DNA of 64,000 nucleotides from Mobula hypostoma (GCF_963921235.1 NC_086108.1:1674001-1738000), one strand, 5' to 3'. Positions 13,728-27,830 are shown, numbered from the stretch's first letter. Notes: a model not told the origin generated them from the letters alone. A program made the numbers and translations.

Positions 13728-15910
13728 TTCACCACCAGCCACTACGAGGACACAGCCTCAGAATAGAAGGGTGTCCTTTTAGAACAGAGATCAGGAGGAA
13801 TTTTTTTAGCCAGAGGGTGGTGAATCTGTGGAACTCGTTGTCAAAAGGAGGTATGGAGGCTGAGTCATTGGGTCTGTTTAAGGCAGAGGTTGATAGAGTC
13901 TTGATTAGTCAAGACATGAAGGGATATGGGGAGAAGGCTAGTGATTGGGGCTGAGAGGGAGAATGGATTAGCCATGATGAAATAGCAGAGCAGACTTGAA
14001 GGGCCAAGTAGCCTATTTCTGCTCCTAACCTGATGGATTTAATTTGAAAGGCTGGCCCCAGAGAGAGGATTATGGGGTGCCCCAGCCTATGATAGGCAAA
14101 GAAGAAGGGGATTGTAGATACACTTGTCTTGCAGGGATATGAAACTTGTACTGCTTGTTATTCAATCTCCAGAGACCTCTGTTCAGCACATTTCAAACGC
14201 TGTACTGTAGCTCATTTTACGTACCTAGAACAAGAAATGTACAGTACCAGGGAACAGGCAACTTGCAGTGTGCTCACCTGCACCAGTTACCTGTGTTTTG
14301 CTTCAAAAGCTAAAGGTTAAAGATTAGCTTTATTTGTCACATGTACCTTTAAGGTGATACGGCCCAATCCATCATGGGTAAAATTCTCCCAACCATTGAG
14401 CACATCTACACAATTTGCTGTCACAGGAAAGCAGCATCCATCATCAGGGACCCTCATACTTGGGACACGTTGAATTCTTGCTGCTGTCATCAGGAAGAAG
14501 GGACAGGAGTCTCAGGACTCATATCACCAGGTTCAGGAACAGTTATTACCCCTTAGCCATCAGGCTCCTGAACAAGAGGGGATAACGACACTCAACTTCA
14601 CTTGCCCCCATCACTGAAATGTTCCCATGATCTGTGGACTCACTTTCAAACGACCCTTCATCCACAAACTCGATTTTTATTGCTTATTTATTTATTTTTA
14701 TTATTTCCCACACTCAACAATTCCGCAACAGCTTCTTCTCCTCTACCACCAGATATCTGAACAGCCCACGATCCCGTTAATCCTTTTTTGAACAACTTAT
14801 TTACTTGTAATTTATGCTGGAGTCAGAGATGTCAAGATGGTTGTTGTGATGCATCCAGTGTGGTAGTGCTTGACACTCTCACTTTCAGCTTCCACTGTTG
14901 GTTAACAGCCTCACGAAAGGAGAACTATATGTGTAAGTCTCTCCCTGCCAGTACACAGCCTCTCCAACAGCCAACCTCATGTCCTGCCCTCTCGCTGGTG
15001 ACGCACGGAAACTGAATTCCTTTTGGATTCAGGCCGAACCATGAGGATGGGGAAGAGGTCTGCCCCCAGTACGCGTAGCACACAGGCCCACCAGCGTGTG
15101 GACTCACCCTGGTGCTTGTGAACCAGGTCGCCAGCTATCGGTAAATAACCTCACTGTCTTGTGGGTGGCCTCGGGAGAAACGAAGGCTACGGGAGTAAAC
15201 CCAGACAGGAAATCCAGAGAGGAGCCCTTAAAGTGGCTGGACATCATTGAACATCCTTCCAGCAGCTCCTGTAGTCAAACATATTGCTTCATAAGCTTTC
15301 CTTTGGACTACACTTGTGAGGCTGAGAGGTGGAGCTTGATGACTGGGCATCTCAGGATCTCCAGACCTTCTGCCCAGCTTAGTGATGATGATGATCATCA
15401 GCCATTGTCCTTCAAGACAGACGGATGCCAACCAAAACCATAGAGTTATAGACATTGAAAACAGGCCCTTTGGCCCAACTGGTTAATGCAGACCAAGATG
15501 CTAGTCTAGTGCTTGGCCCAATCCCTTTTAAACCTTTCCAATCCATATACCTGTCCATATATCTTTTACCTGCCTCAACCACTTCCTCAGGCAGATGATT
15601 TCACATAGGCACCACCCTTTGTCTAAAGAAGTTTCCTCCCTCCCCAAGTTCCTCTTAGATCTTTCTCTTCACCTTAAAGTTCTGAGTTCCCCACCCTTGG
15701 AGAAAAAAAAGTGCGTTCACGCTATCTATGCCCGCTCATGATTTTGGTCTTCTACACTCTAAGGAATAATGTCTTAGCCTGTCTAACATCTCCCTGTAAC
15801 CCAATCCCTCAAGTTCTGGCAGAATCCACCTTGTCTTTGCACTATACCACTGTGGGAAAATTTCATGTCATCTAAGTCACTACCACTTAGTTATTTATGT
15901 TTTTGTAACT

Positions 15911-15985
15911 TCATCATGAACATCATCATCATCATCATCATCATCATCATAATCATCATCATGATTATCATCATCATCATCATGC
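15911..15985. repeat. (CAT)n microsatellite, probably the tail of the adjacent RTE-type SINE-like element
   Basis: Directly visible catcatcat run. Confidence 0.85.
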
Positions 15986-16325
15986 ATCATGTCATATGAT
16001 ATGGGTGATCAGGGTCTTTGTTCTTGGCAAATTTTTCTACAGAAGTGGTTTTCCATTGTCTTCTTCTGGGCGGTGTCTTTACAAGATGGGTGATCCCCAG
16101 CCATTATCAATACTCTTCAGAGATTGTCTACCTGGCGTCAGTGGTCACATAACCAGGACTTGCGATATGCACCAAGTGCTCATACAACCATCCACCACCC
16201 CCATGCCTCACATGACTGTGACCTGGGATGGAGAGAGAGGTGCTACACCTTGCCCAAGGGTGACCTGCAGACTAGTGGAGGGAAGAAGCTCCTTACACCT
16301 CCTCTGGTAGTATCTCCACACTGGA
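15986..16325 (-). mobile_element. about 350-bp SINE-like repeat with RTE-type 3' end
   Basis: Homologous copies lie at about 7110-7435 (+), 49021-49390 (+) and 54985-55372 (-). The 3' motif ATGGCAAACCACTTCTGTAGAAAAATTTGCCAAG followed by (GAT)n resembles RTE-clade tails. The family assignment is inference. Confidence 0.55.
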
Positions 16326-18721
16326 AATCATAACTCATAGTCCTCTTTTTGCACTTTTTCACTGTTACAAAACAAATTTCATGACATAGGGCTTTTTTCT
16401 TTGGAGCAAATGAGGCAACAATAGAGGTGTCTGAGATAATAAAAGGCACTGAGTGCCTTTTCCCAGGGTGGATAGGGCTAATATGAGGGGTTATTATTTT
16501 AAGGTGATTGGAGGAAAGTATCAGGTGGGATGTCAAGGATAATTTTTTTTCACACCACTTGCCGGGGGGGGTGGTGGAGGGGGGGTGGAATGCACTGCCA
16601 GGGGTAATGGTAGAGGCAGATACAATAGGGAGATTTAAGAGATTCTTAGATAGGCAAACGGATGAAAGAAAAATGGAGGGAAGGACTAGATTAATCTTGG
16701 AGCAGGTCAAAAAGTCAGCACCACATCATGGACGAACAGGCCTGTACTGTTCTATGTTCTGTATGTCAGTGATTCTGAGACACCTCTTTCACCATGGTTA
16801 CCCATCCCAGTATTGCCTCAGATCACATTATGTACAGTATCACTCCTGGGACGTTCGGGATGTTGCCAATATCATACCAACAGAAGTCAGTTACAGTGCA
16901 AGTTAATAGGAATAACCATCTGAGATTCTGAATTTTGAGGCCTGATGTTTGGTGGTCAGTGTGTCCTGAGATTGTTGCCAAGGGTTGAGGCCTGCTGACA
17001 AATCCAAGGCCAAGACTCCCTGGCCAGAGCAGAGTCTGCAGATCTGTGACTCTACTGGGGAGGCTGCAGCCCAGCGTCTGCAGTCAATGAGCGCATGACT
17101 GCTGGGGGCTTGTCCGGGGGATTAAATCACTGTGTTTGTGTGTGGGTGGGAGGGAGGAACAGGGCTTGATTTTGCCCGGCATCACAAACAAAATGCTGGC
17201 TGAAGGGTCGTGGCCTGAAACGTCAACTGGTTGTACCTCTCCACGAATGTTGCCTGACCTGCTGAGTTCCTCCAACATTTTGTGCGTGTTGCTCTGGATT
17301 TCCAGCATCTGCAGAATCCCTTGTGTTTGATTATACTGTTGTTGTTTGCTGACTGTTCTGCCGAGCATTGTGGGCACGCTGTGTTGGTGCTGGAATGTGT
17401 GGTGACACTTGTGGATGTCTCCCAGCACATTCTTGGCTGTGTTGGTTGGTGACACAACCACCACATTCCTCTGTCTGTGTTTCGATGTACACGTGAGAAA
17501 TAAATTTGAATCTTTAGCCGAGGCCGAAATCACTGATACTGACTAGAAGTCAACTTCAACAATTCTTGCTGGTTGTGTTTACTTCCTCCAGAAACCAAGT
17601 GGCAAGTTCTCTGAATTATCTTGGCCTGTGGGCTTCCCACTGTACCTGCTCACAACCCGAAACTTCCTCTTTCGCTGTCAAAGAGTGCGTCAGTGCACAA
17701 CAGATACAACTCGCGTCCCTTCCAAGTGTATCACATGCCTAAAGGTCAGTTTCACCTGTGAATCATCACACACCATCACCCCACTAGTCTTTTTACCCTT
17801 AACCACATGATCCTAATGTTTGAGAGATAAATGTCAACATTAATCATAACTCTCAACAGGTCAGACCAGATATTCAGAAAGGGGAACAGTTAACATTTCA
17901 GCTCTGGTGACTCCCAGAAGAAAAGGGAAAGAGAAAAGAAGTCATCTTTCAGTGGCAGAGTAGAGTGAAATTGGAAGAATTATTAATTAGCTGATTATAA
18001 GACCGTAAAACATACAGATGAAGAATTAAGCCATTCAGCCATTAAATCTGTGGCACCATTCTATCATGCATGATTTATTTCCCCTCTCTCCCTGTAACCT
18101 TCAACACCCTGACTAATGAAGAACCTATCAACCTCTGCTTTAAATATGCCCAATGACTTGGCATCTACAGTCTTCCTACTGCTGGTTACGCCGCTGGTGT
18201 TCAGGGCAGCGATGAAGGTCCTTTCTCTCTGGCGGTGTTCAGGGCTTCCTTCATCACGTCTGTAGCTTCCTCTCAGTTTTTGTCACTGTCAGTCACACAA
18301 GTCCCGTGTGGAGACGCAGGAATACCGTCACACTCCGATGTAGAAGGATTCTTCACTGGTGTTTCCATAACAGTTTTGCTCTGCCAGTCAGGGTCGTTAG
18401 CCCCGAGCGGAACTCTCGAACCTGAGGACTGGTGGACCACTCTTAGTCTGGCCTCTACACATTGATCTCTTTAGCATAGCTGACCCTACCAAGAGCTAAA
18501 GCATAAACCCTGGCTGCAGCCATCACAGCTCTCCGGGTCATTGAGACACACAAGCTTCCAAAGCCTACGACAAGGCTGTGGTCCTCTTGATCGAATTCCA
18601 CAGATTCACCACCCTTCTGACTAAAGATAAGAGTTCGAGTTTAATTGACATTCAACCATACACGTGTGTACAGCTAAATGAAACATCGTTCCTGCAGATT
18701 CAAGGTCTAAAACACTGTACA

Positions 18722-19335
18722 TACAGCACGTACCGTAATGATAGCACATTCAGTCACACACAACACGTATCATAATGATAGCAAAGTTACACACAGCACA
18801 TACGATAGCTCATACAGTCACACACAGTGCATACCATAAGGATAGCACATACAGTCGCACACAGCATGTTCAGTAACAATAGTACATAAGTCACACACGT
18901 GCTGTAATGATAGCACATACAGTCGCACACAGCATGTACCATAATGATAGCAAATACAGTCACACATAGCACATACCATCACACACAGTATGTACCGTAA
19001 TGATAGCACAGTCACACACAGCACATACAGTCATATACAGCATGTACTGTATCGATAGTACATAGTCACAGACAGTACATACTGTAACAATAGTACATGT
19101 TAACACACACGACACATACCGTAATGATAGCACATTCAGTCACACACAGCACGTATCATAACAATAGCACATAGTCACATACCGTATCGATAGTACATAC
19201 AGTCACAGACAGCACATACTGTAACGATAGTACATGTTAACACACACAACACATACCATAACGATAGCACATACAGTCACACACCGTAACGATAGTACAT
19301 ACAGTCACACCCCATAATGATAGTACATACAGTCA
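18722..19335. repeat. degenerate minisatellite, about 37-bp unit
   Basis: Unit is approximately GATAGCACATACAGTCACACACAGCACATACCATAAT, repeated with indels. Confidence 0.85.
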
Positions 19336-20132
19336 CAGGATAATATTAGCACAAGCCCCTGGGTGGTGTAGCTTGGAGATTGATGGTGTATGGGATGGTG
19401 TGCTGGAGCCACGATTCTGGAAGGACAAGCACAGAGCAGTTGTTCATTTCACTCTGGGTCAGCCACAGGTGAAGGCAAATAGGCTTGTCTTCCAGGGAGC
19501 AAACACTGGAGAGCAGCACTGACTGTCTCAGATTTTAGTGCACCTGTCACTTCTCTGTTGTCCCTCATGGAATCTCCAGTGACTCCTCCCCTGGGTGATT
19601 CTAACAGGTTGTTACATTATTATTCTTTGACTATGTAATGTGTCAGGCATAGAACAATATACCACAGGATCTGCTCTTTTAGACCATGGCCAAGAGAAAA
19701 TCTGCAGATGCTGGAAATCCAAAGCAAAACACACAATATACTGGAGAAACTCAGCGGGCCTGGCAGCATCTATGGAAAAGAATAAACAGTCGACATTTCG
19801 GGTCAAGACCCTTTAAAACCACAGTGTTGTGGCAAGCTAATTAAACAAGTGACCTAATCTCTTGCCTACACAATGTGCATATCCATCCACTTGCTGTACC
19901 TTTGTGCCTTCCCAAGATCCTTTTCAATAGCGCCCTTGTATGCTCTGTTTTTTGGAAACACTTAGATAAGGACGTGGATGAAAGAAAAATCAGCACCATG
20001 TAGAAGGGAAGGGATAGATTGATTTTCGAGTAGGTTGTCTGACAAAATGTCATGGGCCAAAGGGCCAGTCCTGTGCTATAATATTCCATCTACATGCCTT
20101 CACCATCAACCTGGCAACCCTTTCCAGGCAAC

Positions 20133-22085
20133 CATAGAAACCATAGAAACTACAGCACAGAAACAGGCCTTTTGGCCCTTCTTGACTGTGCCGAACCATT
20201 TTCTGCCTAGTCCCACTGACCTGCACACGGACCATATCCCTCCATACACCTCCCATCCATGTATCTGTCCAACTTATTCTTAAATGTTACAAAAGAACCC
20301 ACATTTACCACCTCGTCTGGCAGCTCATTCCATACTCCCACCACTCTCTGTGTGAAGAAGCCCCCACTAATGTTCCCTTTAAACTTTTCCCCCCTCACCC
20401 TTAACCCATGTCCTCTGGTTTTTTTCTCCCCTTGCCTCAGTGGAAAAAGCCTGCTTGCATTCACTCTATCTATACCCATCATAATTTTATATACCTCTAT
20501 CAAATCTCCCCTCATTCTTCTACGCTCCAGGGAATAAAGTCCTAACCTATTCAACCTTTCTCTGTAACTGAGTTTCTCAAGTCCCGGCAACATCCTTGTA
20601 AACCTTCTCTGCACTCTTTCAACCTTATTTATATCCTTCCTGTAATTTGGTGACCAAAACTGAACACAATACTCCAGATTCAGCCTCACCAATGCCTTAT
20701 ACAACCTCATCATAACATTCCAGCTCTTATTCTCAATACTTTGATTAATAAAGGCCAATGTACCAAAAGCTCTCTTTACGACCCTATCTACCTGTAACGA
20801 CACTTTTAGGGAATTTTGTATCTGTATTCCCAGATCCCTCTGTTCCACTGCACTCCTCAGTGCCTTACCATCAACCCTGTATGTTCTACCTTGGTTTGTC
20901 CTTCCAACGTGCAATACCTCCCACTTGTCAGTATTAAACTCCATCTGCCATTTTTCAGCCCATTTTTCCAGCTGGTCCAAGTCCCTCTGCAGGCTCTGAA
21001 AACCTTCCTCACTGTCTACTACACCTCCAATCTTTGTATCATCAGCAAACTTGCTGATCCAATTTACCACATTATCATCCAGATCATTGATATAGATGAC
21101 AAATAACAATGGACCCAGCACTGATCCCTGTGGCACACCACTAGTCACAGGCCTCCACTCAGAGAAGCAATTCTCTACCACCACTCTCTGGCTTCTTCCA
21201 TCGAGCCAATGTCTAATCCAATTTACCACCTCTCCATGTATACCTAGCGACTGAATTTTCCTAACTAACCTCCCATGCGGGACCTTGTCAAAGGCCTTAC
21301 TGAAGTCCATGTAGACAATATCCACTGCCTTCCCTTCATCTACTTTCCTGGTAACCTCCTCAAAAAACTCCAACAGATTGGTCAAACATGACCTACCACG
21401 CACAAAGCCATGTTGACTCTCCTTAATAAGCCCCTGTCTATCCAAATGCTTGTAGATTCTGTCTCTTAGCACTCCCTCCAATAACTTACCTACTACTGAC
21501 GTTAAACTCGCCGGCCTATAATTTCCCGGATTACTTTTCGATCCTTTTTTAAACAACGGAACAACATGAGCCACTCTCCAATCCTCCGGCACTTCACCCA
21601 TAGACAGCAACATTTTAAATATTTCTGCCAGGGCCCCCGCAATTTCAACACTAGTCTCCTTCCAGGTCCGAGGGAACACTCTGTCAGGTCCCGGGGATTT
21701 ATCCACTTCAATTTTCCTCAAGACAGCAAGCACCTCCTCCTTTTCGATCTGTACAGTTTCCATGATCTCACTACTTGATTCCCTCAATTCCATAGATTTC
21801 ATGCCAGTTTCCTTAGTAAATACAGACGCAGAAAACCCATTTAAGATCTCCCCCATTTCCTTTGGTTCCGCACAAAGCCGACCACTCTGATCTTCAAGAG
21901 GACCAATTTTATCCCTTACAATTCTTTTGCTCTTAATATACTTGTAAAAGATCTTTGGATTATCCTTCACTTTGACTGCCAAGGCAACCTCATGTCTTCT
22001 TTTAGCCCTCCTGATTTCTTTCTTAAGTATTTTCTTGCACTTCTTATACTCCTCAAGCACCTTATTTATCCCTGTTTCCTATACA
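20133..22085 (-). mobile_element. young 5'-truncated CR1 LINE with open 617-aa RT frame
   Basis: ORF 20207-22060 spans the full RT core ([37 protein letters not shown]) without stops. The tail is (CATAGAAAC)2. Confidence 0.95.
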
Positions 22086-22439
22086 TTTCATACATCACTT
22101 AGTGTGTGAAAATAAACTTGGCCCATGCATTTTCCTTTAACTGTGTTCTCACAGTTTGTACTCCTCGCCTTCACCCTGGCTTCTGTACTCTTCCTTTCCA
22201 GTCCTAATGAAGGGCCTTGGCCCCAGGCTTCACAGTTTAATCCCCTTCCATAGATGTAGCCCGACCTGCTGAGCTCCTCCGGCATTTTGTGTGCATTTCT
22301 CTGGATTTCCAGCATCTGCAGAATCTCTTGTGTTCTTTCAACTTAGCCCCCTGTCACCCTAAATGTATACCCTCTAGTATTAGACACTTCAATCCTGGGC
22401 AAAAGATACCAGCTGTCCACTTTATTTGTACCTCACATA

Positions 22440-22925
22440 ACCTAAGGAAGGATGTGCTGATACTGGCAAGGGTTCAAGGAGATACGTGAAAACGATTCTG
22501 GGATTGAAAGGCTTATCATATGAGGAGGGTTTGATGGCTCTGGGCCTCTACTCACTGGAATTCAGAAGAATGGGAGTGACCTCATTGAAACCTATCGAAT
22601 GGTGAAAGGTCTTGATGGAGTGGATGTGGAGAGGTTGTTTCCTATGATGAGAGAGTCTATGACCAGAGGACACAGCCTCAGAATAGAGGGGTATCCTTTT
22701 AGAGCTGAGGAGAGTGGTGAATTTGTAGAATTTAATTCCAAAGGCCGTTGTAGATGCCAAGTCACTGGGTATATTCAAGGCAGAGGTCGACAGATTCTTG
22801 ACTAGTCAGAGCTTGAAGGGATATGGGGAGAAGTCAGGAAAGGAAATTGGTTCAGCCATGATGGTGGACAGACTCGATGGGTTAAATGGCCTAATGTTGC
22901 TCCTATTTCTTAAAGTCTTATAATC
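22440..22925 (+). mobile_element. CR1 3' fragment
   Basis: Encodes KGLDGVDVERLFP..TRGHSLRIEG, followed by a CR1 3' UTR. Confidence 0.8.
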
Positions 22926-23049
22926 TTTTAAACTTCTATCAGTCTCAATTGTTCCAGAGAAAGCAACACAAGTTAGTCCAAACTCTAGTTAAGTTGCTTA
23001 ACAGTAAATCTGTAGAACATGTCCAATAAACAATACTGTACTTTAGTCA

Positions 23050-23580
23050 GAAACACAAGAGATTCTACAGATGCTGGAAATCTTGAGCCAACACACACAA
23101 AATGCTGAAGGTCAGACAGGATCAATCAAATGACATTTCGGGCCAAGACTCTTCATTAAGACTGAATGAAACCAGAATAAGCAGAGAGAAGAAGTGGAGT
23201 ACAAGCTGGCAGATGATAAGTGAGACCCCGTGAGGGAGAAAGTGGGTGGATGAAGTAAGAAGCTGGGAGGTGATAGGTGGAAGATATAAAGGACCGAAAA
23301 AAGAATCTGACAGGAGAGAGGACCATGGGAAAAAGGAACAGAGGAGGGGCACCAGAGGGAGATAACGAGAAGGGGTGAGAGGGTAACCAGAAAGGGGAAT
23401 GGAAAAAGAGAGATGGAAGGAGAAGGGAAAAAGTACTGGATGTTGGAGAAATCAGTGTTCATGCCATCAGGTTGGAGGCTACTCATACAGAATATGAGGT
23501 GTTGCTCCTCCAGTCTAAGCATGGCCTCACCATGGCCACCGTGAAGAGGTCACAGACTGACATATCGGAATGGGAATAAA
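23050..23580 (-). mobile_element. Penelope-like 3' fragment
   Basis: Encodes LRLEEQHLIFCMSSLQPDGMN. The terminal repeat carries a degenerate hammerhead motif near 23130-23165. Confidence 0.8.
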
Positions 23581-23587
23581 CAGCCGA

Positions 23588-24489
23588 CATGTTAGCTGTG
23601 AGGAGGATGCTAAGAGGATGCAGGGTGACTTGGATAGGTTAGGTGAGTGGGCAAATTCATGGCAGATGCAATTTAATGTGGATAAATGTGAGGTTATCCA
23701 CTTTGGTGGCAAGAACAGGGAAACAGATTATTATCTGAATGGTGGCCGATTAGGAAAAGGGGAGGTGCAACGAGACCTGGGTGTCATTATACACCAGTCA
23801 TTGAAAGTGGGCATGCAGGTACAGCAGGCGGTGAAAAAGGCGAATGGTATGCTGGCATTCATAGCAAGAGGATTCGAGTACAGGAGCAGGGAGGTACTAC
23901 TGCAGTTGTACAAGGCCTTGGTGAGACCACACCTGGAGTATTGTGCGCAGTTTTGGTCCCCTAATCTGAGGAAAGACATTCTTGCCATAGAGAGAGTACA
24001 AAGAAGGTTCACCAGATTGATTCCTGGGATGGCAGGACTTTCATATGATGAAAGACTGGATCAACTAGGCTTATACTCGCTGGAATTTAGAAGATTGAGG
24101 GGGGATCTGATTGAAACGTATAAAATTCTAAAGGGATTGGACAGGCTAGATGCAGGAAGATTGTTCTCGATGTTGGGGAAGTCCAGAATGAGGGGTCACA
24201 GTTTAAGGATAAAGGGGAAGCCTTTTAGGACCGAGATGAAGAAAAACTTCTTCACACAGTGAGTGGTGAATCTGTGGAATTCTCTGCCGCAGGAAACAGT
24301 TGAGGCCAGTTCATTGGCTATGTTAAGAGGGAGTTAGATATGGCCCTTGTGGCTAAAGGGATCAGGGGGTATGGAGGGAAGGCTGGTGCAGGGTTCTGAG
24401 TTGGATGATCAGCCATGATCATAATAAATGGCGGTGCAGGCTCGAAGGGCCGAATGGCCTACTGCACCTATTTTCTATGTTTCTATGTT
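23588..24489 (+). mobile_element. young CR1 3' fragment (same subfamily as 12548-13727)
   Basis: ORF 23570-24262 is nearly identical to ORF 12647-13735. The tail is (TTCTATGT)n. Confidence 0.93.
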
Positions 24490-24537
24490 TCAGGCCAAGA
24501 CCCTTGGCTGAGGGATAATTATTAGCTGGAACGCTAG

Positions 24538-24850
24538 GAGGTGCCACGGTAGCGTAGCAGTCAGCGTAACGCTTAACAGTGCCAGGTATAAGATCAGGGT
24601 TGAAATTCTGCCTTTGTTTGTAAGGTGCCTGTATGTTCTGCCGGCGACTGCGTCGGTGTCGTCTGGGAGCTCCGATTTCCTCCCTCATTCCAGAGAATGT
24701 ACCGGGTAGGGGTTAGGAGGTTGTGGACGTGCTGTACGGGCACCAGGAACACGGTGCAGACTGCCCCCCGCACATCCTCAGACTGCGCTGATCATTGACG
24801 CAAATGACACACAGCACTGTGTGCATAGATATACATAAAGCTAAACTTTA
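24538..24850 (+). mobile_element. tRNA-derived SINE (V-SINE/HE1-like)
   Basis: Has an A/B-box-like head and the central gtaagg..tgtatgttct...gctccgatttcctccc domain. Related copies lie at about 33640-33840 (-), 39745-40005, 40180-40420 (-), 42095-42215, 51120-51380, 51495-51700 and 54620-54900. Confidence 0.7.
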
Positions 24851-25947
24851 AATCTTTTTATGGAGGTCTCCCAGGGGAAATTGCTGAATTTCCGGAAGTC
24901 CACTGTCCAGGTCTTTATAACATTTAAACGTAAATTAACACTTGGGACTGTGAAGATCTCCCTCGGTGGATGAGATGTCAGTCTGACTTTGGTTTTAGTG
25001 TCACAAGCCCGCCACCTTCTGAAACACAGCCATAATGGAAACTTTATAAAATAACGTGACCAAAACATTTGTGATAAAACCAGGGTGTTAATGTCAACAG
25101 TAAACTCTGGCATGGAGTATTTTGACTGATAGATCCATTTTATAAACGTAATTGAATGAAGCAATTTGTACCTGCTGGATATTTCAAAAGGAGACCATTC
25201 AATCCTTTGTGGCGCACACAAAATGTTGGAGGAATTCAGCAGGGGCTCCCAACCTTTTTTATGCCATGGACCCCTAACAATAACTGAGGACCCTGTGGAC
25301 CCTAGGGTGGGAACACTGAAGAGGGAGGCCAAAGGTTTGACACTTCAGGCCGAGACTTCATCAAGTCTGGAAGAGAGGGGGGATGAAGTTAGAGTAAGAA
25401 GGTGGGAGGAAGGGGAAGGAGTACAAGCCAGAAGGTGATAGATAGGTGAAGCCAGGTGAGAGGGAAGGTAGATGGCTGGGGAGGAGAGATGCAGTGAAAA
25501 ACTGGGAGGTGATATGTGAAAGAGGTAAAGGGCTGAAGAAGGAACCTGATAGGTGACGAGTCTCTTAAAAGACCCCATTGTATCTGCCTCCACCCCTGTC
25601 GCCAGCAACATATTCCATGCACCCACCAAGGTGTGTGTGAAAAACCTAGCCCTGACATCCCTTCTGTACCTACTTCCAAGCACCTTATAACTATGCCCCC
25701 TCATGTTAGCCAGTTCAGCCCTGGGAAAAAACCTCTGACTATCCACATGATCAAAGCCTCTCGTCATCTTATGCACCTCTATCAGGTCACCTTTCATCCT
25801 CTGTCGCTCCAAGAAGAAAAGGCCAAGGTTTGCTCAGCCTATTCTCATAATGCATGCTCTCCAATCCCGGCAACATCCTTGTAAATTTCCTCTGCGCTCT
25901 CTCTATAATATCCCATCTCCTCTGCACTCTGTCTATAGTTATCCATA

Positions 25948-27830
25948 GTAAGAATAAGGAGGTGATAGACAGGAGCTACAGGGAGGTAGTCACCCCTAAG
26001 CTGCAGGGGGCAGGAAGCTGGATGACTGTCAGGCGAGGGAGAGGATATAGGCAGCTAGTGCAGAGTACTCCTGTGGTCGCTCTTCTCAATAATATTGGTG
26101 GGGGAAGGCCTACCGGGGAGAATTGGCAGTGAACAGGTCTCTGCACTGAATCTGGCTCTGTGGCTCAGAAAGACGGGGGCGGGGGGGGGGGAGGGCGATG
26201 GGAAAGAGGACTGCTATAGGGATTCCACAGTTAGAGGAGCAGATAGCAGATACCATGGACATGAAAGAGACACCCAGATAGTATGTTGCCTTCCAGGTGC
26301 CAAGGTCAGGGATGTCACAGATCGGGTCCTCGGCACTCTGAAGGGGGATGGACAGCTGGAAGTCGTGGTATATACTGACACCAGTGACATTGGTAGGAAA
26401 AGGGAAGAGGTCCTGAAGAGAGAATATAGGGAGTTAGGCAGAAAAATGAAAAGCAGGACCTCCAGGGTAGTAATCTCTAGATTGCTGCCTGTGCCACGTG
26501 CCACTGAGGGCAAGGATAGGATAATTTTGACAGATGAATGTGTGGCTGAAGAATTGGTGCAAGGGGCAGGGTTTTAGATTTCTGGATCATTGGGATCTCT
26601 TCTGGGGAAGATACAACCTCTACAAAGGGACGGGTTACACCTGAACCCAAAGGCGATCGATTTCCTTTTACGCAAGTTTGCTAGTGCTGTTGGGGAGGGT
26701 TTAACTTTGCAGGGGCAAGGGAACCAAAATGATAGGGTTGAGGATGGGGCAGTAAGTATTCAAGTCAATGCAGTGTACATTGAGACTGTGAGGAAGGATA
26801 GGCAGATGACAGGGCAAAATTGCAGTCAGTGGGAATGAATAGAGGACTAAAGGTGTTACATTTGAATGTACGCTGTATACTGAATAAGGTAGATAAGGTT
26901 GTAGTGCAGTTTGATTGGCAGGTACGACGTTGTGGGCATCTCTGAGTCATAGCTGGAAGAAGATCATAGTTGGGAGCTTAACATCCAAGGATACACATTG
27001 TATTGAAAGGACAGACAGATAGACAGAGGGATTAGGGTAGCTTTATTGGGAAAAAATGAAATCAAATCCTTAGAAAGAGGTGACACAGGATGTAGGTACT
27101 ATAAAAAATTGCAAGGGTAAAAAGACCCTGATGGGAGTTATATACAGACCTCCAAACAGCAGCAAAGATGTGCAAACCAGTTACAATGGGAGTTAGAAAA
27201 GGCTCGCCAAAAGGGTAATGTAACAATTGTCATGGTGGATTTCAATATGCAGGTAGATTGGGGAAAATCAGGTTGGTGCTGGATCCCAAGAGAGGGAATT
27301 TGTAAAATGCCTACAAGATGGCTTTTTAGAGCAGCTTGTGGTTGAGCTCACTAGGAGAAAGGCTATTCGGAAGAACCATCCCAGGAATGAAAGGATTAAC
27401 ATACAAGGAATGTTTGACGGCTTTGGGCTTGTACTCACTGAAAGAATGAGGGGTAGGTATCTTATTGAAACCTATTGAATATTGAAAGGTCTAGATAGAG
27501 TGGATGTAAAGAGAATGTTCCCTATAGTGGGGAGGTTTGGGACCAGAAGACACATCCTCACAACTGTCCATTTAGAACAGAGATAAGAAGAAAAATTCTT
27601 TAGCCAGTGAGTGGCAAATGCGTGGAATCCATTGCCACAGACAGCTGTTGAGGGCAAGTCATTGGGTATATTTAAGATAGAGGTTGACGGGTTCTTGATT
27701 AATCATAATGTCAAAGGTTAATGGGAAAAAAGCAGGAGAATGGGGTTGAGAGGGTTAATAAATCAGTCATTATGAAATGGCAGAGCAGACTCAATGGGTC
27801 AAAAGGCCTAATTCTGTTCCTAGATCTTCT
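25948..27830 (+). mobile_element. degraded CR1 LINE: ORF1 (SGNH esterase-like) + start of ORF2 + 3' fragment
   Basis: Contains DSTVRG, VCCLPGAKVRDV, SRVVISRLLPVP and RDGLHLN, followed by APE remnants. Confidence 0.8.

Noticed and set aside
14115..14320. Cys-rich short ORF with nearby splice-like sites as a host exon
   Set aside because: No recognisable protein family and no partner exons were found, so I cannot support it.
18787..19024. Cys/Val-rich ORFs
   Set aside because: These are translations of the CA-rich 37-bp minisatellite.
20207..22060. 617-aa RT ORF as an autonomous or domesticated gene
   Set aside because: It is 5'-truncated (no endonuclease or ORF1) with an intact retro tail, so it is best explained as a recent dead-on-arrival CR1 copy.
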